This document shows, one piece after another, positions 1 through 8,896 of a DNA stretch of 64,000 bases. The notes under the pieces were generated by a model, which saw only the letters and a program-made list of their open reading frames with translations, did no database searches and was not told the DNA's origin. The translations under genes and the position numbers were made by a program. Source of the stretch: Candidatus Omnitrophota bacterium (lineage in GTDB: Bacteria > Omnitrophota > Gorgyraeia > Zapsychrales > JANLHA01); assembly GCA_963662715.1 (NCBI GenBank), contig OY759724.1:1562662-1626661 (forward strand), read 5' to 3'. How positions within the stretch are numbered: the first letter of the stretch is position 1; every line of letters begins with the position of its first letter.

Positions 1-285
1 TTTGGCATACTTGATGTCCGTAATGCGGAGTTGAGCGCGCTTTATGTGCATCCGGGGTATGCCGGCAGAGGGATAGGTAAAGAAATTCTGTCGAGGCTGG
101 AAGCCATTGCTTTAGAAAACCGTATCGGCCGATTAAATTTATGCTCTACGATCAATGCTTTTGGATTTTATCAGCATCATGGTTATATTGAGTGCGGCAA
201 GACCTTTCATGATTTGCCTAATGGAGCGAAACTGGAATGTATAAAGATGTATAAGCCGATAAGCAAACCGCGACAACAAAAATAA
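1..285 (+). CDS. GNAT-family N-acetyltransferase, 3' part (gene starts upstream of the window)
   Basis: Reading frame is open from nt 1 with no stop. The 'LYVHPGYAGRGIGKEIL' segment matches the GNAT acetyl-CoA-binding motif A (Q/RxxGxG/A). Confidence 0.6.
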   Translation, partial: FGILDVRNAELSALYVHPGYAGRGIGKEILSRLEAIALENRIGRLNLCSTINAFGFYQHHGYIECGKTFHDLPNGAKLECIKMYKPISKPRQQK

Positions 286-308
286 AGGATTTTAAAGGAG
301 ACGAAAAA

Positions 309-653
309 ATGAACAGATTGTTATTTCTTGTTGTTGTGTTGGCCGGATGCGTCACGACAAATGACCGCCCCTCCGCGGTTCGGTCCGGTTCCTACACGGA
401 CCGGAGAATGAACGAATCGGTTCTTAAACATATCCGTTTCCTGGAAAAGGCCGACGGCCGGGGAGACTGCGCTATTGAAGTGCTCCGGATAGAGGACCGC
501 GGAAAAGAGCTGTCTACCCTTATAGAATTCTGGATTGTGAGGAGCTGCGGGGTGAAGACCGTTTATAAGGTGAGGAAAGCGCCGCTTAGCCCCGGGCGTT
601 ACAAATACATTGTGACATATCCTTCCGCCGCGGACCTGATGACGGTCGAATAG
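309..653 (+). CDS. hypothetical lipoprotein
   Basis: AAGGAG ribosome-binding site 6 nt upstream. N-terminus MNRLLFLVVVLAGC is a signal peptide with a lipobox Cys. No recognisable domain. Confidence 0.5.
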   Translation: MNRLLFLVVVLAGCVTTNDRPSAVRSGSYTDRRMNESVLKHIRFLEKADGRGDCAIEVLRIEDRGKELSTLIEFWIVRSCGVKTVYKVRKAPLSPGRYKYIVTYPSAADLMTVE

Positions 654-719
654 ATCTCAGGCGAAGAGATGAAAAGCCGCTCCGGGCTGCGCAGCGTTTT
701 CCGTCACGGCTTGTAAAAA

Positions 720-1445
720 ATGAAAATAAAATTTATTCCCCGCCTTATTTTTTTTCTAATATGTCTGCTCCCTTTTAGGGATGTTATTCAAAGAAAGGCC
801 GGTATGCTTAGCCAATATGCTGGAGGGAAGAAAACGGTTGAAGACAGGCTTAACGAGTTTTCTGAAACAGTGCATCAGAGATTGCGGCCTTATTTTGAAA
901 AGCAGGGTGTTGAATATCCGCCTGATGGCCTTATATTGGTCGGCTTAAAGAATGAAGCAAGACTGGAAATATGGGGTTTTAACGAAGACTGCAGCTTAAA
1001 GCTTATTAAAATTTATCCCGTCCTTGCCGGGAGCGGTCAAATCGGCCCTAAATCGGCTGAAGGCGACCGGCAAGTTCCGGAAGGGATTTATAAAATAGAA
1101 TCTTTAAACCCCAACAGTTCGTTTCACCTGTCTCTCAAAATTGATTATCCGAACCCCTTTGACAAGGCCGTTGCTGAAGAAGAAGGCAGAAGAAATCTCG
1201 GCGGCGATATTTTTATACACGGCGATGCCGTTTCTGTCGGCTGTTTAGCCGTAGGGGATGAGGCGGCCGAAGACCTATTCGTTTTGGCGGCGGATACCGG
1301 GCTGGAAAGGATTAAGGTTGTTTTGGCTCCGATAGATTTCAGGGAATCCGATTTATCACAGGAACAAATGGAGGAACTGCCGTCATGGTGTGGAATCCTC
1401 TACGCGCAAATAAAGAATGAATTGAACCATTTGAGGGGAATTTAG
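720..1445 (+). CDS. L,D-transpeptidase (YkuD-like) family protein
   Basis: Hydrophobic N-terminus. 'DIFIHGDAVSVGCLAVGD' resembles the HG(x)nSxGC catalytic His/Cys signature of L,D-transpeptidase domains. Confidence 0.45.
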   Translation: MKIKFIPRLIFFLICLLPFRDVIQRKAGMLSQYAGGKKTVEDRLNEFSETVHQRLRPYFEKQGVEYPPDGLILVGLKNEARLEIWGFNEDCSLKLIKIYPVLAGSGQIGPKSAEGDRQVPEGIYKIESLNPNSSFHLSLKIDYPNPFDKAVAEEEGRRNLGGDIFIHGDAVSVGCLAVGDEAAEDLFVLAADTGLERIKVVLAPIDFRESDLSQEQMEELPSWCGILYAQIKNELNHLRGI

Positions 1446-1520
1446 CAGGCCGCTTCCCGGCGGTTGGTGCGGGCAGGAGCCGCAGCCCCGCCGGGTTATC
1501 CTTGTTGCCGGAGGACAATA

Positions 1521-1901
1521 ATGGAAAAGAAAAAAATAATTATCTCCGAAATCGCCGGCTTTGTGTCGGTGATCCTTTTTGTCTGGCTCAATGAAATCAT
1601 CGATCTGCCTCACGTCATGTTGGGGGCGCCGGCCACTCCCGTTAATTATGCCGAAAGTGTCTTGGAATCTTTTGCCGTTCTTGTTGTCGCCGCTTTGACC
1701 ATATCCATAACAAATAAACTGCTGAAAAAGATAAAACATCTGGAAGGCTTTTTTCGGATATGTTGTGTGTGTAAAAAAATATATGACAGCCAGAAAAAAG
1801 AATGGATAGCCTTGGAGGGATATTTTGATGAAAATTCCAAGCTGGAGTTTTCTCACGGGCTTTGCGACGACTGCACAAAACTATACAAAAAAATGGTATA
1901 A
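1521..1901 (+). CDS. small membrane protein with C-terminal CxxC...SHGxCxxC zinc-ribbon-like motif
   Basis: GGAGGA ribosome-binding site before the ATG at 1521. One or two predicted TM helices. C-terminus CCVCKKIYDSQKKEWIALEGYFDENSKLEFSHGLCDDC. Confidence 0.5.
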   Translation: MEKKKIIISEIAGFVSVILFVWLNEIIDLPHVMLGAPATPVNYAESVLESFAVLVVAALTISITNKLLKKIKHLEGFFRICCVCKKIYDSQKKEWIALEGYFDENSKLEFSHGLCDDCTKLYKKMV

Positions 1902-2018
1902 TGATATTCCCGCACAGATATTCTCAACATGAAATGAAACGGATAAGGGTGGGGGCGGAGTTGTTAATATTTGATGAAAAGGGTGACATTTAAGGGGGCA
2001 AAACTAAGGAGCTGTATC

Positions 2019-2423
2019 ATGAACGTGAAAGAGCTGTCAGGAGCGTTTACCACCGATAAAATTCAGGAGACAAAGGCCTTTTATGAAAAATATTTTGATG
2101 CCCGGGTTATTTTTGACTGTGGTTGGTATGTTAATTTGGCCTTCGGCTCCGGGACCGCAACCCTGCAGTTTATGTCTCCCAAAGAGCCGGATTATCAGCT
2201 TTCGAATAGCGCGGGTTTAATGTATAATTTTAAGGTGGATAACGTGGATCAGGAATATGACCAGATAAGAAAGCGAGGTTTAAATTCAGTGTCGGATATC
2301 GAAGACCATCCTTGGGGGGACCGCGCTTTTTGTGCCGCGGACCCTAACGGGATAATTCTTTATATTTATTCGGAAAGAGAGCCGGCGGAAGAATTCAAAA
2401 AATATTATAAAAATCCGTGCTGA
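2019..2423 (+). CDS. VOC (glyoxalase/bleomycin-resistance-like) family protein, tentative
   Basis: AAGGAG ribosome-binding site before the ATG at 2019. About 135 aa with a hydrophobic/aromatic pattern compatible with a VOC fold. Weak assignment. Confidence 0.35.
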   Translation: MNVKELSGAFTTDKIQETKAFYEKYFDARVIFDCGWYVNLAFGSGTATLQFMSPKEPDYQLSNSAGLMYNFKVDNVDQEYDQIRKRGLNSVSDIEDHPWGDRAFCAADPNGIILYIYSEREPAEEFKKYYKNPC

Positions 2424-2435
2424 ATTTATAAAAAT

Positions 2436-2783
2436 ATGAAACCGAGAATCAAAGCAGAAATCACATTCCTGTCAAGAGATGCCGGCGGCCGCAAGAAGAT
2501 GCCGGACAAGGATTACGTGCCGCATTTGATGATCCAGGACCCGACGGTGAAGAAGCAGGCCGTTGAGAATAATAATTTCGTGACCGAAGAATATCTTGTG
2601 GTTCGAATGATAAGCTATCCCAAAGAGGGCGAACTTAACGAGAAGTATCTTTATGAACTGGAACTGTTTAATTATCCTCAAATGGATTATGCCGAATTAA
2701 AACCCAACGTGACGTTTGCTGTCCGGGAGGGTTCCCGGACGGTGGGCTTTGGAAAGGTTCTGGAATACATTAAAGCTTCTTAA
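2436..2783 (+). CDS. standalone EF-Tu domain-3-like protein
   Basis: 'IKAEITFLSRDAGGRKKMP..Y.P' aligns with EF-Tu '[27 protein letters not shown]'. C-terminal 'FAVREGSRTVGFGKV' aligns with EF-Tu 'FAIREGGRTVGAGVVAKV'. No GTPase domain or domain 2 is present. Confidence 0.5.
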   Translation: MKPRIKAEITFLSRDAGGRKKMPDKDYVPHLMIQDPTVKKQAVENNNFVTEEYLVVRMISYPKEGELNEKYLYELELFNYPQMDYAELKPNVTFAVREGSRTVGFGKVLEYIKAS

Positions 2784-3233
2784 GTTGCCATGGAGTATCC
2801 GTCCGCTTCGGCGAGTCGTGTCCCCCCTGCTGAATTTTTGCGTCAGCTGTCAAAGAGGATAGGCCATGCTGTTGATTAGTCTGTGCATAATTTCAGGTGT
2901 GTGGTTCTTTTTCAGGATTAAAGAAAAACCTCTGAATTTCTGTGAACGCTGCCTGTGGTCATTATGCGGATTTGCCGTCTTTTTTGTCCTTCAGGCATTT
3001 TTCCCTCGCATTTTTGCGGATATTTTTCACGCCTTTTGTCCCGGCGCCCCTGTTGTCGTCATTGCGGCGCTTATGTTATGTGCTCATTGTCCGTCTTCGT
3101 GGCAGGGCGATTCTTATCGGAAAGGTTTTTCTGAGCGCTTTTCCGTTCTTTAGGCTTCGGAATAAAAAGTGCCGGATATGGGTTGTCGCTTCTTTGCTGT
3201 TTTATTTTTTAACGGGATACATTAAGGAAATTT

Positions 3234-4451
3234 ATGAAGATGAAATTTATTTTATGTCTTGCCCTGATCCTCGGCGCTTTCCCCGTGGCTTCCGTGTCAG
3301 CGGAGGATGCGGATGACCTGCGGATAATGGTGAGCGGAAACGGGACTTTTGCTTTTGATCTTTATCAGGCCGTTAAGCACAGGGACGGGAATTTGTTTTT
3401 TTCTCCTTACAGTGTTTCCACCGCTCTTGCCATGACCTACGCCGGTGCGCGGGGAGAAACCGCAAAGGAGATGGCCGATGTGTTGTCTTTTTCGTTAGAG
3501 GAAGAATCTTTGCACGCATCATTTTCTCTGCTGCAGTCAAACCTCAACGCTATTCAGGATAAAGGTCATATTACGTTAAATGTCTCCAACTCTTTATGGG
3601 CGCAGGAAGGGTATTGTTTTCTGGACGACTTTATCGGTTTGAATAAAAAATATTACGGAGCAGGGTTGCGTGTCGTTGATTTTTTGAAGCACACCGAGGA
3701 GGCCCGCCAAACGATAAATGCCTGGGTGGAAGACGAAACCCGGCAGAAGATACAGGAACTGCTTAAACCCGGGATGCTTGATTCCTTCACGACATTGGTC
3801 CTCTGCAATGCCGTTTATTTTAAAGGGGATTGGCTGACGCAGTTTGACAAGCAAAAAACAAAGGATGCTGATTTTTTTGTTTCTGCTGACAATGTCATTG
3901 AAGTGCCGACGATGAATCAGGAGTTGAAATTGCCGTATAAGGATTTTGACGGTTTCAGCGCCATATCTCTTCCGTATCAAGGCCGGGATCTGTCCATGAT
4001 CATTCTCCTGCCGGAAGAGAAGGACGGCTTAGCAGGGCTGGAAAAGAATTTGATTTATAATAATGTGAAAGGCTGGATAGATGGCCTCGCGGAAGCGGAG
4101 GAGGCGGACGTGCTGGTGAGTCTTCCTAAGTTTAAAACCACATCCGAGTTTGATTTGTCCAAGGTCCTTTCTGACCTGGGTATGCCGCATGCGTTTAGGG
4201 AGGCGGATTTTTCAGGGATGACCGGAAAAAAAGACCTGTTTATCAGCCGGGTGGTTCATAAAGCTTTCGTGGATGTCAACGAGGAAGGAACGGAAGCCGC
4301 TGCCGCAACGGCTGTCGTCATGACACGGACCGCGGTCATGAGCCCGCCGCGGGTGTTCCGTGCCGACCATCCTTTCCTGTTTTTGATCCGAGATAATCAA
4401 TCCGGATCGATTTTGTTTGTCGGGAGGATTGCGGATCCGCGCCGGACATAG
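3234..4451 (+). CDS. serpin (serine protease inhibitor) with signal peptide
   Basis: Signal peptide present. 'FFSPYSVSTALAMTYAGARGETAKEM', 'NAVYFKGDW' and C-terminal 'PFLFLIRDNQSGSILFVGR' are canonical serpin signatures. Reactive-centre-loop region '...GTEAAAATAVVMTRTAVMSPP'. Confidence 0.85.
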   Translation: MKMKFILCLALILGAFPVASVSAEDADDLRIMVSGNGTFAFDLYQAVKHRDGNLFFSPYSVSTALAMTYAGARGETAKEMADVLSFSLEEESLHASFSLLQSNLNAIQDKGHITLNVSNSLWAQEGYCFLDDFIGLNKKYYGAGLRVVDFLKHTEEARQTINAWVEDETRQKIQELLKPGMLDSFTTLVLCNAVYFKGDWLTQFDKQKTKDADFFVSADNVIEVPTMNQELKLPYKDFDGFSAISLPYQGRDLSMIILLPEEKDGLAGLEKNLIYNNVKGWIDGLAEAEEADVLVSLPKFKTTSEFDLSKVLSDLGMPHAFREADFSGMTGKKDLFISRVVHKAFVDVNEEGTEAAAATAVVMTRTAVMSPPRVFRADHPFLFLIRDNQSGSILFVGRIADPRRT

Positions 4452-4634
4452 CGGAGGGGCCTATGGTTTTGTGCGCCGGATGATGCCGGATCAAGGGCTC
4501 ACGGGAAACATTCCGAAATTTTTGGGTTCAGGCGACAAGGAGTTTGTCTTCATGGCTGTATGTTTTGTGTTTTGGCCGAAAGTGAATATAATAAATAGTA
4601 ATTTTGTAGAAATGCGCCATGAATTAAAATAGTA

Positions 4635-4662
4635 GCCGGAAAAAACAGCGGCCGGCTTTTTT
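4635..4662 (+). terminator. putative intrinsic terminator (GCCGG...CCGGC hairpin followed by T6)
   Basis: gccgg(4635-4639) pairs with ccggc(4652-4656), then TTTTTT at 4657-4662, downstream of the serpin gene. Confidence 0.35.
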
Positions 4663-4793
4663 AAAAAACAATTGAAAGTCACGACAGCGTTTAAATATCA
4701 TGTTTGGGAAGAACAGGACGGCATCCTTGGGCGTGCCTCCGGGCCGTTCAACAGGGTGGGGAATTTCTTCGCGGAAATAGAAAGGACCTAAAA

Positions 4794-5165
4794 ATGGAAT
4801 CAGTGTTTGAAGCCCAGAAACGAAGTGTTTTTGTCAGAGTTTATGTCTCGCTGCTCTGGCTGCTGCCTTTTTTGATTATCACCAGGATGATTGTCGGCGG
4901 TATCGTAGGCGGAGTCACGTCATCTGAAAATGTCCCTCAACACAGGGCAGGCGCCTCTTTTGAGGAGGAAGTCGCGGCGGATTATGCCTCCGGGAAAAAT
5001 GCCAGTGTTCAGTTTTTTGAAAGAAACGGGGGGAAGGTTCTCTTGGCGCAGGTTTTCTTATGGCTGGTGTTGGCCCTGACAGGCCGCTTCCCGGGAACGG
5101 GTAAATATATCAAGGAAAAGGAGCTCAATAAAACCCGGGGCCGGAAGCTTCCGGTGAAGTCTTGA
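4794..5165 (+). CDS. hypothetical membrane protein
   Basis: Open frame with two hydrophobic segments. Start chosen at MESVFEAQ. No domain recognised. Confidence 0.3.
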   Translation: MESVFEAQKRSVFVRVYVSLLWLLPFLIITRMIVGGIVGGVTSSENVPQHRAGASFEEEVAADYASGKNASVQFFERNGGKVLLAQVFLWLVLALTGRFPGTGKYIKEKELNKTRGRKLPVKS

Positions 5166-5223
5166 TCGGAATATTGAAAGCCTTTGGGCCTTGTCGTGAC
5201 GGTGTCGCGTTTAACAGGGCGGG

Positions 5224-5940
5224 ATGTGGCAGACGGTTATTATAAGAAAGGGTTTTAATATGGACTCCAATATCCAGAATTACAGGACGATACATTTCCT
5301 GGGGATAATTTTATTTCCCTCTTTTTTCTTCTTGGATTTAATCATTTATCCGCAGGACAAATGGGCTTTATTGACGATAAGGTCCGTCCTGACCCTTTAT
5401 TCGCTCATTGCTTTCTTTGCCATTGATAAAATGAATGCGGCCAACGCCAAGAGAATGATGCATTGCTCTTTAATTCTTGCTCCCGCGACGATATCTTATA
5501 TGTGCTTTCTGACCGGGGACGGCTCCAGATCCCCTTATTATGCCGGCTTGTTTTTAATCATGTTGGCTTTCCCTTATTTTATGAATTTGGGGTTCAGGGC
5601 TCTTGTTATCCATCTGCTGCTTATTTTGGGGATTCATTTTTCCTTTCTTTTTGCCTCATATGCGGATTTTCACGGCATAATGATCAACCTTTTCTTCCTT
5701 TGTTCTTTTGCCCTGATGGCCGTGTTGTTGCACGGCCGCAACCAGAAGTTTGTGCGCGAGATAAAGACCCTGCAGGGATTTCTGCCTATATGCATGCATT
5801 GCAAAAAAATCCGGAATGATAAAGGATACTGGGATAAAATTGAAAAATATATTAGCGCGAGGACCGATGTGTCCTTCTCTCACGGGATCTGCCCCGAATG
5901 TTTGGAAACCCATTATCCGGAGGAATTGAACGGCGGGTAA
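5224..5940 (+). CDS. polytopic membrane protein with C-terminal CxxC...SHGxCxxC zinc-ribbon-like motif
   Basis: About 5-6 predicted TM helices, then C-terminus 'CMHCKKIRNDKGYWDKIEKYISARTDVSFSHGICPEC'. Start may be at 5260 (MDSNIQ). Confidence 0.55.
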   Translation: MWQTVIIRKGFNMDSNIQNYRTIHFLGIILFPSFFFLDLIIYPQDKWALLTIRSVLTLYSLIAFFAIDKMNAANAKRMMHCSLILAPATISYMCFLTGDGSRSPYYAGLFLIMLAFPYFMNLGFRALVIHLLLILGIHFSFLFASYADFHGIMINLFFLCSFALMAVLLHGRNQKFVREIKTLQGFLPICMHCKKIRNDKGYWDKIEKYISARTDVSFSHGICPECLETHYPEELNGG

Positions 5941-6007
5941 GCAGCCAGCCTGCAAAGCTTGCTTTAAAGCAAGGGACTATGGCATTAAGAATATTCAGAG
6001 ACCGCCG

Positions 6008-7489
6008 ATGTGTCAGTGTATGAATCTTTTTTCTCATTTAGAAAACACTTCCAGCAAGCAAGTGGTTTTATATGCTGTGCTTTTTTTTGTCTTGACCCGC
6101 CTGCTGTTCCTGCTGGCCGGATTCCCGTTTTATTACTGTTTTAACATGCACCTTGATGAACAATTATGCAAAGATAATTTTCTGGAATGTCTTTATTATA
6201 CGCATCATAAGCCGCCGCTTTTTTTGCTGTTTCTTGGTCTTGTTTACCTGCTCCCCGCAACGTCTTTTATCCCGATTTATCATGCGATTTATCTGCTGAT
6301 GGGGATGATTTTCACCGTCACCCTTTTCGGGGTCATGGATTTGTTTGATATCCCGAGGAAATGGAGTGTCCCGCTGACCGCTCTTTTTATGCTGGGACCG
6401 TCGGTCATTGCCTATGAACATTGGCTTTATTATACTTATCCCTGCGCATTAATGCTTTGTTTGAGCGTGCTTTTTTTACAGCTTTATTTTAAATATGATA
6501 AGCACGGATATCTTTTTGCCTATTTCCTGCTTTTAGCTGTCCTTATTTTGACAAGAAGCTTGTTTCATCTCGCCTGGTTTATGCTTTTTGTCCTGATTCT
6601 GGCGGTGTATAGAAGAAGATTCTGGAAAAAAATTCTTATGGCAGCGGCCCTGCCTTTCCTGTTGGTTTTAGCGTTTTATGTGAAGAACGCCTTGCTTTTC
6701 GGTTTGTTTACCACAAGTTCCCAGGCCGGATTCGAATTGAGCATTATGGCGATGAACCAAATGCCAAATGAGCAAAGAGAACAATTGATCCGGGAAGGAA
6801 AGCTGTCCGAATTTGTCGCCATGGGGTCTCATGAATCCGTTGAGACTTATGAAAGATTTTATCCTCTGAAGGAGGCGGGCATCCCTATCCTGGATCAAAA
6901 AGTCAAATCCAACGGCCGTGTCAATTACAGCCATCAGATTTATCTGCCTGTTAACCGTCATTTTTTGGAAGATTCCTTTTACGTTCTAAAGCACTATCCC
7001 GGGTATTATCTGGAAGCCCTCCGGTATTCCACATTCAGATATTTACTGCCCGGCCCCAGCAAGCTTGGGGGGGAAGGACGCAATGCCCGGTTGATGAAGC
7101 GGATGTCTTTGTACGAGCGTGTTTATAATATGATTTTTCTGGGGCAAATCCTGCCGCGTACCCCTTGTTGGACATTTCGTCTGAATCACAGCCTTTATGA
7201 GGTGAGGGCGTCCCTGTTTTGGCTGGTCGGATTTCCTCTGCTTATGGTATGGATAGGCATATTCCTGGCAAGAATTCTTTTTGGGGATGATAAACACAAA
7301 AAGAATTTCATCCCCTTATTGTTTATGTGGCTTACGACGGGATATATTTCGTTTATTTCCATTGCCTTAAACGGCAATAACAGGCATCGTTTCCTGGTCG
7401 AGTCCTTTGTGGTGATCTTTGTGGGACTGTTCTTAACATCTTTGGGCTGTAGGTTCGCGGAAGGAGAGGATTCGGCCCGGGGAAATTAG
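6008..7489 (+). CDS. large polytopic membrane protein, possibly GT-C-type glycosyltransferase
   Basis: 493 aa, at least 10 hydrophobic helices. The first extracytoplasmic loop has a D-E pair ('HLDEQLCKD'), as in ArnT/PMT-like GT-C enzymes. Weak. Confidence 0.4.
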   Translation: MCQCMNLFSHLENTSSKQVVLYAVLFFVLTRLLFLLAGFPFYYCFNMHLDEQLCKDNFLECLYYTHHKPPLFLLFLGLVYLLPATSFIPIYHAIYLLMGMIFTVTLFGVMDLFDIPRKWSVPLTALFMLGPSVIAYEHWLYYTYPCALMLCLSVLFLQLYFKYDKHGYLFAYFLLLAVLILTRSLFHLAWFMLFVLILAVYRRRFWKKILMAAALPFLLVLAFYVKNALLFGLFTTSSQAGFELSIMAMNQMPNEQREQLIREGKLSEFVAMGSHESVETYERFYPLKEAGIPILDQKVKSNGRVNYSHQIYLPVNRHFLEDSFYVLKHYPGYYLEALRYSTFRYLLPGPSKLGGEGRNARLMKRMSLYERVYNMIFLGQILPRTPCWTFRLNHSLYEVRASLFWLVGFPLLMVWIGIFLARILFGDDKHKKNFIPLLFMWLTTGYISFISIALNGNNRHRFLVESFVVIFVGLFLTSLGCRFAEGEDSARGN

Positions 7490-7515
7490 CTTTTTAAAAA
7501 TGAAGGTGAGGTGAT

Positions 7516-7878
7516 ATGAAATCAGGATGGATTGTATACAAAAACAGAAGAATTCTGTTGGCAGACTACTCTGAGTATATTCTGGATTCAGACGGCATCA
7601 TGGAAGAAATCGCGGAGGTGAATTCTCTGGCCTTGAAAGAGCGAACGGATTCAGTCCTTTTATTGGTTTATGTTGAAAACAGTGTGGGATCCAAAGAAAT
7701 CCTTTCCTGTTTAAAAGATTCGGCCTTTACAATTAAGAATAATGTTTACAAAACAGCCGTGGTCGGGGTGACAGGGGCTAAGAGCGTGCTGATGAAAATG
7801 ATTTCTAATTATTCCGGACTCAAGATGAAGGCTTTTGACGACACGGACGCGGCCAAAGACTGGCTTATCGCCGGCTAA
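7516..7878 (+). CDS. hypothetical cytoplasmic protein (alpha/beta, SpoIIAA/STAS-like size)
   Basis: GGTGAGGTGA ribosome-binding site. 120 aa, no motif recognised. Confidence 0.4.
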   Translation: MKSGWIVYKNRRILLADYSEYILDSDGIMEEIAEVNSLALKERTDSVLLLVYVENSVGSKEILSCLKDSAFTIKNNVYKTAVVGVTGAKSVLMKMISNYSGLKMKAFDDTDAAKDWLIAG

Positions 7879-8059
7879 GACAAAAACACCGGTCTGTTGT
7901 CTTGTGGAATGCCGGATCGCGGCATATTATGGGAAACGGATGAGGGGGTGTTGATGTAAACCCTTATTTAACAAAGACTTTTGACTCTGTCGGCCGTGCT
8001 TTTTAAAGCATTAGGCGAGTTGGGATATTAGGTGTATAATAAGGGTCGGTGGTCTGATT

Positions 8060-8896
8060 ATGAGGATAATATTCATTATAACTTTACTCCTATCCCTGTG
8101 TTTTTCCGTATCCATAAGTTACGCTGAACCGTTCGAGCTGTTTCCTTTTGATCCATCATTAAGTCAATATATTCAGTCATACCATTTTAACCCCGACCCT
8201 TCCGAAGCCCTGGACCGTTTCTTCAGCATTGATATGCGGGAATTTGAAGAAAAGGCAGAGGAAAAAGGCCTGCCCCATTCCAGAGCTGTCTTAATGGCTT
8301 TTTATATCCATATCCTTCACGACAATGATGAACAGGTCCTGCCGTTTGCGCACCGGTTGTCCTCTGTCACTCAAGAGGAGAAAGCGCAGTTCGGTCTGGA
8401 GGCCATTGCCTACGGCGCCAAAAAAAACCGGAGGGAAGCTTTGGCTGTGCTTGTTGAATCTTTCCGCCTTCCCCCGGAGAGTTTAGGGGAGTATGCGGCT
8501 TTGCGAAGTTACCCTTATCCAACCATGGAGGCAGATCATTGGCGGACTCTTGATGTCCTGTGGGTGAGTTATTTTGCGACAGGCGACTGCAGGTATATTC
8601 GGAAGATTGCGAAGTCGTTGACGGATTTTCGGGTTATGGATGAAGAATATAAAGAACAGCTGCGGCTTTTCAGTGAAATCAATCCCAAGCCGGGGTCTTA
8701 TGAATACCGCGTATTGGTCGGCGGATTAACGGCTCAGGCGTCTTTATTCAGCTTGACGGTTAATGCGGCCCAGGACCCTGTTGTCCTGGCAGAGCTCCGG
8801 GAAGTCGCCGGGAACGGCAATCGCCGCATGAATAAATTGGCTAAGCAAATAGTCCAGAGAGTAGATGAAGCAAGAGGTAGGATGGCTAATAAATAG
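8060..8896 (+). CDS. secreted hypothetical protein
   Basis: Signal peptide MRIIFIITLLLSLCFSVSISYA. No recognised domain. Confidence 0.5.
   Translation: MRIIFIITLLLSLCFSVSISYAEPFELFPFDPSLSQYIQSYHFNPDPSEALDRFFSIDMREFEEKAEEKGLPHSRAVLMAFYIHILHDNDEQVLPFAHRLSSVTQEEKAQFGLEAIAYGAKKNRREALAVLVESFRLPPESLGEYAALRSYPYPTMEADHWRTLDVLWVSYFATGDCRYIRKIAKSLTDFRVMDEEYKEQLRLFSEINPKPGSYEYRVLVGGLTAQASLFSLTVNAAQDPVVLAELREVAGNGNRRMNKLAKQIVQRVDEARGRMANK

Noticed and set aside
1383-1878. Minus-strand ORFs (1383-1856, 1642-1878, 1646-1840) overlapping the small membrane protein gene at 1521-1901
   Set aside because: The + strand gene has a ribosome-binding site and a motif conserved with the 5224 gene. The minus ORFs are low-complexity shadows.
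2866-3316. Two overlapping + strand ORFs (2866-3153 and 2942-3316) upstream of the serpin
   Set aside because: Different frames, low-complexity T-rich codon composition, no start context or domain. Treated as non-coding or remnant, and reported as a finding instead.
4417-4682. Short ORFs (4417-4632 +, 4491-4682 -) downstream of the serpin
   Set aside because: No ribosome-binding site, no domain, and they overlap a terminator-like hairpin. Probably a non-coding 3' region.
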